Shown piece after piece: positions 50,675-60,850 of a DNA stretch of 64,000 nucleotides; the first letter of the stretch is position 1; each line of letters begins with the position of its first letter. The notes beneath the pieces are model-generated. The model was not told where the DNA came from. It was given only the letters and a program-made list of their open reading frames with translations, and searched no databases. A program made the translations under genes and the position numbers. The stretch is from Saccostrea cucullata (Eukaryota), in NCBI RefSeq assembly GCF_032062105.1, contig NW_026930741.1:62001-126000 (forward strand). The letters are read 5' to 3'.

Positions 50675-52582
50675 CTCGTTGTTCAAACGAAGGGCCACGC
50701 CCTCTTCCAAGGGGACATTATTATAAATTAGTGAAAAATTAAGGGCATTTTCATCTTCCTCTCAAGAACCACTGGGCCAGGAAAAACCAAACTTGCTATT
50801 AAGTATTCATGGGTAAAGGGAATTCAAATTTGTTCAAATGAAGGGCCACGCCCTCTTCCAAGGGGACATTATTATGAATTAGTGAAAAATTAAGGGCATT
50901 TTTAAAAAATCTTCTTCTTAAGAAACACTGGGCCAGGAAAAATGAAACTCATGTGAAATCATCCTCAGCTAGTGTAGATTTAAATTTGTTCAAATCATGA
51001 CCCTGGGGGCAAGGGTTGGGGCAAAATGGCCGATCAAATTTTTATATAGGAATATATTGGGAAAATCTTTAAAAATCTTCTTCTCAAGAACCATTGGGAC
51101 AGGAAAAATGAAACTCATGTTGAATCATCCTCAGATAGTGTATATTCTAGTTTGTTCAAATCATGGCCCCCGGGGATAGAGTACGTTGGCCCACAATGGC
51201 CGATCAAAGTTTTACATAGGAATATAAAAGAAAAATCTTTAAAAATCTTCTTTCAAGATCCATTGGGACGGGAAAGATGAAACTCATGTTGAGTCATCGT
51301 CAGGTAGTGTAGATTTAAGTGTGTTCAAATCATGACCCCTGGGGCAAGGGATGGGGAAAAATGGCCGATCAAAGTTTTACATCGGAATATAAAGGAAAAA
51401 CCTTTAAAAACATTCTTCTCAAGAACCATTGGGACAGGAAAGATGAAACTCATGTTGAATCCTCCTCAGCTAATGTACTATGAATATGTAGGGAAATTTT
51501 TAAAAAATTCTTCTCAAGTACTGCAAAGCCATGATTAGTGATATTTTTATGGAAGCATCCTCGGATACTATAGATTCTAGTTTGTTCAAATCATAACCCC
51601 CAGGGAAAGGGTGGGGCAACAATGGGGGATTCAAGTTTTACATTAAAATATATTTTAAAAATCCTTTTTTTAGAATAGCAAATTATGATTAGTGATATTT
51701 ATATGGAAGCATCCTTATGAAGTGTAGAATTAAATTTATACAAATCATAACATCGAAGAGTTGGGAAGGGTACCAATGGTAGATCAAAGTTTTACAAAGG
51801 ACAATAAAGGGAAAAATCTCAGTAACAGAGAAGCTATGTTAAGTCATATTAACATGTTAATCCTCATGTATTGAAGATTTAATTTATTTTAAAATCATGA
51901 GTACCCTTTAGGATAGGGAGGGAAATGATGGGGAGTCAAATTCAAATTATTACAAAGTAATATACAAACAAAAGGTTTAAAAAATCTATAAAAATCTTTT
52001 TCTTAAAAACTTTCTTTAGAAGTTATATGCAGAATTGATATGGAGGCACTCTCAAGTAGTATTAGAATTCAACCCCCCCCCCTCTTTAGTAAACATTTCA
52101 ATTCCGATCTGATTGTGCGTTTTCCTAGCCGATGTGCTCAGGTTAGCGATGTGGCCCCTGGGCCTCTTGTAAAATGCTTTTTCTTTCAATGTGCAGACAT
52201 TATTACATCTTTTTCATTTATCTCTTTTGTAAGACTTGCACGAAGAGGCAGATACAATCCAAAGCTTTTAGCTCCTAAAAGCGATATACCAACAACGTCA
52301 AGTGATGAAACCTGGAGGAAATCCTTCCCCTTTGAGAGCGAAGAACAGAGGATGTCAGCCATGAATTCTTTAGCAGAACACAATGCCAATATAAGAAAGA
52401 ACGACACAACATCGATGTCTGAAACTGCATTCAAAAAGTGGGCAATGCCTCGGAAAAAGATATTTACTGGCAGACAACTTATTAAACGTGATGGAATTTC
52501 TTCGACCGAATCTGGAATTCCCGAGCCACCACAAAGAGTTGCAACTCCGAGCGGCATTACTGGGATGTTTTCAGTCGAATAA
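25102..52582 (+). CDS. Giant type I membrane protein with N-terminal vitellogenin/LLT domain, LECT2/M23-like domain, PAN, FN3-like repeats, cadherin-like repeats, EGFs and TM helix (~50 exons, roughly 5,000 aa)
   Basis: Exon 1 25102-25254 (MAAGSLLLYLCLWVTVDVTGGYFFEPGYTHHYTYSSTT...), missed by the ORF track. It is followed by phase-compatible exons 25416-25506, 25740-25776, 28262-28382, 29121-29172, 29291-29391, 29542-29630 ... 35226-35397, 35563-~36200 ... 38813-~40008, 42815-~44047, ~44224-47354, 49406-50564, 52234-52582. Splicing across 33034-33400 is uncertain. Confidence 0.88.
26030..27600. mobile_element. Degenerate Helentron-like elements of a second family (tgacctt/aaaactttaacct repeats)
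   Basis: Repeated tgaccttggagtttgacc, aagacctttcatt and aactttaaccttg motifs, a (TGTC)n-like stretch near 26710, and the end gggtatcagtgtttcacaaactcatctt. Confidence 0.6.
28356..28935 (+). repeat. 38-bp minisatellite (~15 units) spanning the exon 4 donor site
   Basis: Unit GTCGGTACAATGTCAGCTCACTTCAAG|GTAAGGGATTG; the first unit is the true exon end at 28382. Confidence 0.92.
35300..35868 (+). other. LECT2 / peptidase M23-like domain, predicted inactive
   Basis: CDVPSCACGEYRKISNGMMGIDLMIDSKSKM|DVLNPMTGLV...YEIIVSNLK...GHKIGRV...NFITVSMR...IDPSKYI resembles LECT2 CD..GCGQY..R..HQGVDILC...VYAPFTG...KGEKLG...SHVHIE..DPTAYL. The His residues of HxxxD and HxH are missing. Confidence 0.6.
39050..48130 (+). 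other. Array of FN3-like Ig-fold repeats
   Basis: Recurrent motif (I/V)DxTPPxxGxVxDG...DxDxQ...AxW..FxDxESGI..YxxxxG...Y...V.A.N.AG, more than 10 copies across the ORFs from 38826 to 48177. Confidence 0.75.
39590..39755 (+). other. PAN/apple domain
   Basis: SADECAENCLNYGDKCISFDFEFHTETCDL...YKNYER (C-x3-C...C-x-SF...C-x-L...Y-ER). Confidence 0.8.
49520..50515 (+). other. Two cadherin-like/bacterial Ig-like repeats, two EGF-like domains and transmembrane helix
   Basis: NNKPII..DIENDSLHYSI..NG...[80 protein letters not shown] followed by the basic stop-transfer RHVKKRR. Confidence 0.85.
50631..52170 (+). mobile_element. Non-autonomous Helentron/HINE-type element with ~166-bp internal satellite, in the last intron of gene 4
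   Basis: Subterminal inverted repeats AGCTCACCTGAGC (50634) and GCTCAGGTTAGC (52136), 3' hairpin GGCCCCTGGGCC, T-rich 5' flank, and internal units (TTCTTCTCAAGAACC...GTTTGTTCAAATCATGACCCC) spaced ~166-169 bp. Confidence 0.85.
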
Positions 52583-54545
52583 TTGTAATCGACATGAAAA
52601 AAAACTCTTATTTTTTACCTTTTCTCTTTCAATTCAGAACAACGTGACTTCTTGTTTGCTGTTTTGAACTTAGTTTAGAATCTTTATTAAAGCATCATTA
52701 AAAATCTTGCTGACTTTGAATTCATGTAAAAAAAGAAGGAGGAAATGTCCAACAAGCTTACAATTGGTTTTCACTAACTGACTAAGGCTAGGGTATAGCA
52801 AGATTTTGAGGTCACATGCGTCGCTCAGGTGCACATGACCTATTGCTATCGTTTTCTTCCGTCTACATCATCTTCAGCCGTACGTCGTGTATCATTCAAA
52901 AACATTTGAATATTTTCAATTCTTCTCCTGAACCACTGAACCAATTATGGGATACAGACATTGGTTATTGAGTCAGGGTGTGGCTCCAATGATCGTATAG
53001 TGAAAGTGCATAAACTCTTTTTAAATATTCTTTCCCCCTTTACGTGTATAAAGCAGAAAAACTAGCTGTATGGTTATGGTGATCAAGATATCCTTTTCAA
53101 AATTGTGAAAATTTGTGACCCAAAGATGATAAATTGTATAGGAGCGGTTGGACTATTATAATGAGAAATAAGAAGAAGGAACAGTTTGGTCTGTATTGTG
53201 CCCTTAAAATTAAATTTTCTTAAAAATTTATGAAATTGGCTTTCTGCAAAAAAAAGCCTTATAATGACTCATTTCTGTGGTTATTTTCATATAGAAAATG
53301 ATATCTACAGCCATCACCCACTTCAATTTTTGGATATATTGTGTAAAATGCTTTAAAAAGGACATATATGTATTTAAAAATCTTTGTGGGTGATACATGT
53401 GCTACATGTTTCCTAAAAGATCATTCCATTGAAAATCGATGTCTCCTGCAATTTTTTAAAGAAAATACGAGAAAATGCACAAGTTCATGACGTCACAATC
53501 AGCATTAAGGGGTCATATAAGACAAATGATTCGTAGATTTTTACTGCATGGAATTTAAGAAATTGGGAAAGATGAATTTTAATTTCTTACTTCACTTTCA
53601 TATTTTATAAAAATAAAGGACAAAATTTGTATTGAATCTTTACTTTGTCCTTTTCTTTTAAATCATTTCCACATCTACCTCTAGGTATTTAGCAGATAAA
53701 CTAGATGCATGGTTAAGATGAGCAAGGATGCCTCTCTCAGAATTGTAGAATTCATGGTTTATGTTCAGGGTTCCTAGGTGCTATTTAACATAAAGTGGTG
53801 ATGCAGTATGTATCATTAAACATATAAAGATAACGAACAGTATTCAAAATCAAAAGTTCATAAATTAATACAAACAGGAGCGAAGCAAACACAGTGTATT
53901 AATAATGGACTAACAATTAGTATGAAAAATGTCATTCAGCATTTAACTCATATTTTGAAATATACTCTTCTTTATTATGGTGTATGGTAAAGATGAGCGA
54001 GAATCTCTTTCCAAAAAAAAATTATAAACCGGGGTCAGAGATTTTGGTAACACTAAGCTGAATATATGGTGGAAATGACTTTTTAAAAGATATATTCTTT
54101 AATGTGCATTTTTATTAAGGAAACACAAATACGTACATTGTTATGATGAGCAACAGTTCCTCTTCCAAAATTGTGAATATTTTTGTCTCTTGGTAGGACC
54201 TTTTGAATTAAGGTGGTGTTATATTGAATCTATAGTGAAAATCGATAATTTGTAGGTGTCAAACAGGATTCTTATAAAAAGTGCAGAGTTTCGACCAGAT
54301 TTTGTAATTTAATTGATTTTGATCAATTTATTAGTTTCCAGTGAAAGAAGTTATTACCTTTGCTATATGATGGTAAATCACAGTACACCGCAGATGAATT
54401 TAACAGAATTAAACAAACGTTATGGTCAGGTAATATTTTTAATGATAGATAAATGAAAATGAAATAAGATTACCGTATCTTTGTACATTAAATAATCTTC
54501 ACAGAGTAAGAAAAGCCAATGTGATGAACGACAAATTGTGGTAAT

Positions 54546-54722
54546 GAATTATTTTAGGATTAAACTTTCTTTTTTCAGAATTTATCAATGTGTAAACTCT
54601 GCCTTTTTACTCACAAACTGAATAAAAGTGCTTCGCACTTTTATGTAAAGTTTGTGAGTAAAAAGGCAGAGTTTACACATCGATAAATTCTGGAAAAAAA
54701 GAACGTTTAATTCTTATAATTC
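54546..54722. repeat. Long near-perfect palindrome (~85-bp arms, TTC loop), probably part of a non-autonomous element extending to ~55470
   Basis: CAGAATTTATCAATGTGTAAACTCTGCCTTTTTACTCACAAACT..AAAAGTGC-TTC-GCACTTTT..AGTTTGTGAGTAAAAAGGCAGAGTTTACACATCGATAAATTCTG. Confidence 0.9.
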
Positions 54723-55629
54723 AAATTACGAATTTTTTAAATTATTAGAATTATTTCTCATTGAGGCTGCCATACAATCCGTTATTTTGTACGGCGTAGG
54801 AATACCTTATGCCGCAAAGAAACGTATACAAGATGAATATCGATAAAATCCAACTTAAATTGTCAAAACAATCAATAAATAAATGTATAAAAACTCCTTG
54901 AATGTTGTTTAAGTCAACAAATATCGCAAATACGCGTATTCTCCAGAATAATTCGTCCTTGACCATGGTCATGTTGACATTAGCCTAATGACAACGTCAT
55001 AGGGAAAGTTGCAGACCGACGTCGTCCTCGATTTGCTCTGTTTCGTTCAAAGATTTAGGGAGAAATGGGATATGTAGGATGTATATATGAATTTGATGCT
55101 GATAAGGCAAGTGTCTGAAGTACGTTTCTTTTCCCTATCAGCAAGATACCAACTGAGCTGTTATGGAACGTCGAGAAAAAATGACAGCATGATCAGCGAT
55201 TTTTTAAAATTCACATTCGTGATCCGACAGTGACATAAACATAATATTCCCGTCTGTCAGTCCTGTTTATCTCCTTTTAATTCATTCATTCAATTTTTGA
55301 TTTGAAGTTTCTTGTAATCATAGTTTAGCTAAAACGGACTAGAAGTATCTATTAAGTGTTTTCACAGTTTTTACAGCAGTGAAAAATTCATCGATGTGTA
55401 AACTTTTTCTTGAATTTGTTCTCGTCCAATCAAAATACAGGGAATCAATGAATAAAATTAAGATTGGAATTATATGGAGATAACGACCAGTATTCAAGCT
55501 CAAATTAACCTATGAAATATTAAACACACACTTAATAAAGCAAAAAGGATAATTTTCTCAAACTATAACACTATTTCTCGATATGATTGGGTCTTTGCTC
55601 TATTTTTTAAAAACTCAATCCTCATTTAG

Positions 55630-56316
55630 ATAAATCGTCGAAGGATTGTCAATTAATAATGGTAATTTCCATTCCTACGTAGATACAATATATCCTGGTG
55701 AGCTTGAGATCAAAGATACCACAGAGTCTGACACTTCTGTTTCAAACTTGGATATTTTACTTGAAAGAGACACTAATGGTAATCTAACAACCAAGCTATA
55801 TGGTAAACGTGATGACTAACTTTTCTATCGTCAACTTCCCTTACTTATGCAGCAATAAAATTTCATCACCTGCATACGGAGTATATATGTACCATTTGAT
55901 TCGATACGCAAGAGCATGCTCTACGTATGAACAATTCTAAAACGAGGTAAATTATTGACAAGCAAGTTGATGAAACAAGAATATCAGCAGTCTCGTTTAA
56001 AGTCATCAAGTTCTATGGTCGATACAATGACCTTGTCAGCAAATACAATTTATCATTGAGTCAAATGCTGACTGACTTTTTTCATACCTATTGTTAGTGC
56101 ATTATTTATACACTGAATTGACGACGGATTTTCCTATTATTTCATGATCCTGACAAGGAGCAAACGGCGGGTGTGACCGGTCGGCAGGGGATGCTCACTC
56201 CTCCATGGCACCTGATCCCACCTCTGATGTTTCGGGGTCCGTGTTTGCTCTGCTCTTATTTTGTATTGTTTTAAGGACTTTGAGATTGAATACTGTTCGT
56301 TATCTCCATATCCTTC
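55630..56316 (+). mobile_element. 5'-truncated Penelope-like (Naiad-type) retroelement: RT C-terminus and 3' terminal region
   Basis: Degenerate translation YPGELEIKDTTESDTSVSNLDILL..LTTKLYGKRDD..FSIVNFPYLCSN..SPAYGVY..LIRYARACSTYEQF..RGKLLTSKLMKQ. The ORF ends without a C-terminal GIY-YIG and is followed by a GC-rich terminal motif. Confidence 0.8.
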
Positions 56317-57310
56317 CTCAATGTTTTCATGAAAATATATCTTTTTTTTTTACCAAAATTATAGAGCATAGACCAACTATAACTTTAAAAATATTTTAAT
56401 GACATATCTTTTCAAGAAAAAGTTAAGTCAATTAAATTCAAATTCATTTCATAAGCAGGATTTAAATGCTGCTATTCAGCAGGGCTTTGTTATATCTCAT
56501 GTTAAAACAATAACAAACAAGCATTCTGAGTCCCCTACAATGTACCTTCTTTTCTCTTTAAGATGTCATTTCATGGAATCCGGTATATGAAAAGTGCCCC
56601 CAAAATGTAGTCATTTCGGCAATTACTTTTTTATGAATGAAATGGAATTATGTCTGCCCTACAAAGAAAGACGTGTTTGAATGCAATTAGACATACATGC
56701 ATGCTTTGTTCACCACAGCCCATTTTACATGGTCAAAACAATTTTACATATATATAAAATGCGATAATTCCGTCAAAATCAACGAATCTTGATTTTAAAA
56801 ACTACACCTTGTATTTCCTACAAATATGCATCGACTTTTGCTCCTTACTTTTTAATTAACAGAAAAGTTTACAGGGCCTGGATATCGAATATATTAAAGC
56901 TATATATGGTTTGCGCACCCGAGCTAAAAAAAAAGAACACAAGATTAATTGTAGATTTAAATGATATTTGTTATTTATGTTCAAATTCATTTTTTCACCG
57001 ATTTTTAAACTTAAATATTCCCACGTTTCTTCAGTTAAATTGACTTTAAACTGTGTCTGTTATTTAATTCCGAGTTGGAAATCGATTACTGTTATAAATC
57101 TGTGATATCTATGAAATGCAATTGATTTAAATTGTGAAATTTATGGAAATGTCCTATCTTTATATAAAGTAACAAAAATCAGATTAAATTTAGTAAGTGT
57201 GAACTTATCAAAAATACGCCACATACGACTTTACTAAAGGTTCTAAATATAAGGAACCTCGATCCTTCAAAAGGCCAAAGTATGGACCATAGTACTAACG
57301 AAATGATAGT

Positions 57311-57573
57311 CGTAAGGGCGGACGTTTATCCTTCCCCCTAACAACGGGGTCTATTGTGTTAGAGGACAATGTGGAGAACAATAGAATAAGCAATGTAGTG
57401 ACCCTGAACTAGTTATGGTTATTGTGAATGAGCACGGATATTTAAATGTTGATGAAAATGTCACTAGGTCAGGGTCACTGCATTGTCTTTCTTATTGCTC
57501 TCTCCATTGTTCTCCAACACAATATACCACCGTTGTTGGGGTGGGAGGGGGGAAGATCAACGTCCGCTCTTAC
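57311..57573. mobile_element. MITE-like foldback with ~100-bp imperfect inverted arms
   Basis: gtaagggcggacgtttatccttcccc..caacgg..tattgtgtt..caatgtagtgaccctgaactagt pairs with actaggtcagggtcactgcattg..aacacaata..ccgttg..gggaagatcaacgtccgctcttac. Confidence 0.75.
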
Positions 57574-57599
57574 TACTAATGATGACTTACTCTTACAAA

Positions 57600-57900
57600 A
57601 TTTATTATAGTAAATTATAGTTCACTTTAGTTTACTATAGTAAATCAAAGTTCCAAGGTTTTCACCATAGTAAATCAAAGGTTCCAAAGTTTTCACTATA
57701 GTACATCAAAGTTCCAAAGTTTTTACTTTAGTAAATCAAATTTCCAAAGTTAATCAAAGTAAATCAAAGTTTCAAAGTTTTAACTATAGTTAATCAAATT
57801 CCAAAATTTTCACTGTAGTAAATCAAAGTTCCAAAGTTTTAACGTTGGTACTATAGTTAACTGAAGTAAACTTTACTAAACTATTGTTTAATATAGTATT
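57600..57900. repeat. ~29-30-bp minisatellite (TTTACTATAGTAAATCAAAGTTCCAAAG-like)
   Basis: About 8 degenerate tandem units. Confidence 0.85.
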
Positions 57901-59646
57901 TTTGTTAGGGTTTAAAAGGGACTGCTGATATCCTTTTTTCAGGCAATTGCTTGTCAATCATTAACCTCGTTTTAAAAATTGTTCATACGTAGAGCATGCT
58001 TTTTTCGAACCAACTGAGAGATTTTAACACTGCACGTGTAAGGGAAGTCGACAATTTAAAAGTTAGAGACATCACTTTTATCATAGAGTTGGGCTGTTAG
58101 ATAGCTATTGACGTCTTTTTCAATGTGAAACAGAAGTGTCAGATTTTGTGCTTCTTTTATTGGAAATAACCATTGTTAATTTACAATACGTCTTCGATAT
58201 ATATATGAATGTTGAGTTCAAGGCCACAACAAGTGGGTTTTTTCACGTTTAAGATTTTGAACAAATTTCGCTTCATATGAATACAAAAATACGTCTGCTT
58301 ATAGCAGGGTGCAATTGGTACCCACAGGAATTCTAATAGAGTTAGAAGATCTGGTCCGGGGATAATGAAACATCTTAAGCTTAAGGATAAATAACACAAA
58401 CAAACTTTTTTTCAGAAATCAGTATTATTTCTCACAGATTTACATTTAAATTGACAACCTGAATAATGTTTACCAAGTAGAGTGGGAGAATTATAAAAGA
58501 TTTTGTCATAAAGTTCAAAAATTGTGCAAAATTTTGTATGGAATTATATAGAAGGCAAACGAAAATATCATATCTAAGCACCACGGAAAACCTACGATTT
58601 CTTTATATTTCAGGGATTTATTATTTATGTCATTTCAAATCAAAATCAGTCAAAAAATATATATCAACCCGCGCATCCATTTTTTGTTTGTGGTAAGTAC
58701 CCTTAAGTCAAAATCTCTATTTGATAATGAAATGTTGTAAAAGTCAAGCAGACCAAAATAAAAATATTTTTTTTAAATTGTTTCCCAGAAGTGTTGTTAT
58801 CTGCAAATTTCAAAATAAATTCCACAATTCATGAAAGTTTTATAGACAATGGAAGATTTGACTTAAGTCTAAGTTTGTTTCATGATCCTGAGGCTGCTCT
58901 CCAAAAAAATACATAGATATTGCCAATCAGAACTCAAGCATGTTTATAGTTTTATGTGCACAATCAGAAGCTTTTAAACAAAATAATTTTGCCAATGACC
59001 AATGACTATGTGAGTAAAGAATGGGTGGACTTAACTGGCCAGAAAAAATGCCGTAAATTTAAGTTTCACAAAATGTTTAATTTTTTCCATCATATAAACC
59101 CCCGATATTTTATCCGTGTATTCATGGTACGGATGTGAATTCAAAACGTTTTTTTTTTAGGTAAACTAAATAAATATCGAAGGCATTGTGCCTGGAGATA
59201 TCTTGAATATCAATAGATAATCAAAGTCACGCGTTTTTCATCGTCCGAATACATAGTCAGCACATGTTTGTCGACTGTTCTTAAGAAAACTGTAGTTGTA
59301 TATTGAACAAAATAATGTTATATTAAAAGGAAAAGAGCCGAGGAACATGTGCTCACACTTAATTTAACAAAAAACATGTTCGAAAGAAACTTCTCGCTTC
59401 CATTGCTATGTGTTCGATTGACCTGTTTAATATTACAATTCATCACGTGATGTCCACCTGCGAGTGTACTCGTGAAAACAGTTATATTGTATTCTTCACC
59501 CTGACCTTGATCTAAATCATGTCTTTGAGTGTGTTTGGTTGCCATTTTCAGAATTTAGCAAATTAAAAGTTGTTTTAATTTTGCGTGTCATCACTTTTTT
59601 AAATAATGACATCGCTGTAATATTCTAAACACGCATCTGAATTTCT

Positions 59647-59677
59647 GGAGAGAGAGAGAGAGGGAGAGAGAGAGAGA
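59647..59677. repeat. (GA)n microsatellite
   Basis: Seen directly. A (TG)n tract also occurs at 27714-27737. Confidence 0.9.
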
Positions 59678-60184
59678 TGTCAACAATGACGCCGATCGAT
59701 AGCCCCGCCTCCTATAAATATTGATTGTGTGACATAAAAACCACTCCGGGTACATGTCAAATTCCGGAAGACGATACTTATGTGTCGTTGCTTCAATTTT
59801 GATACATGACAACAGGACATTGTTTTTGCACAAATGTTCCACCTAATATAACCAAGTATATGTAGCTCTTTCCATTTCTCTTAATATATTTTGGAATCAC
59901 AACATTTACAGCTTGGTAGAGAAGTCGCAAAAAGATTCAAAATAGGGCGTTAAGTCCGCCTATTCTTTACAAGTTCCGTTTTGATTGAAAGGGCAGCTGT
60001 CATTGATATCAAAAAGCCGGGACTTTTATTTGTCGTTGGGAATTGTTGTATATCAACTTTGTTCATTTATAAAATATACAATCTGATGAAAACATTTTTC
60101 AGACTGTCGAGATTTTTGTTCCCTTCATTTTAAAATTTTGCAAGTCCAGGAGAGAAATGTAGGGTGATATGTTCTTTTCATTGA

Positions 60185-60850
60185 TAAAAGATATGAAGAT
60201 AATGAACAGTATTCAATATCAAAGTCCATAAAACAATACAAAATCGGAGCAGAGCAAACACAGACCTCCAAAACATCAGAAGTGGGATCAGGTGCCATGG
60301 AGAAATGAGCATCCCCCTGCCGACGGGTCACAGCAGTCGTGTGTTCCTTGTCATGATCATGAAATAACGGAAAAATCCGTCCTCAATTCAGTGTATAAGT
60401 ACTAGCAAGTAGCATGAAGAACGTCAGTCAGCATTTGACTCAATGATGAATTGTATCTGCTGACAAAGTCATTGTATCGACCGTAGAACTTACAAAACGA
60501 TGACTTTAAACGAGATTGATGATATTCTTGTTTCATCAACTTATTTGTCAATAATTTACCTCGTTTTAGAAATTGTTCATACGTAGAGCATGCTCTTGCG
60601 TATCATACTGGGATATGTTAACTCCGTATGCAGGTGATAAATGTATATTGCTGCATAAGTAAGAACAGTTTACAATAGAAAGGTTAAAGTCATCATGTTT
60701 ATCATAGAGCTTGGTTGTTTATTACCATTAGGGTCTTTTTCAAGTAAAATATTCAAGTATGAAACAGATGTGTAAGACTCTGTGGTATCTTTTATCTCAA
60801 GCTCACCATTCCTATATCGTATCGACATAGGAATAGAAATGATCATTGTT
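60185..60850 (-). mobile_element. Third copy of the Penelope-like element (reverse strand)
   Basis: ORF 60670-60924 contains GELEIKDTTES.TSVSYL; the remainder is the reverse complement of ~55690-56316. 3'-end-only fragments at ~5930-6047, 34480-34600, 53820-53895, 61195-61290 and 62470-62515, plus a decayed RT piece at 57950-58110. Confidence 0.8.

Noticed and set aside
50997-51538. Two similar short ORFs
   Set aside because: Chance reading frames in the 166-bp satellite of the Helentron-type element.
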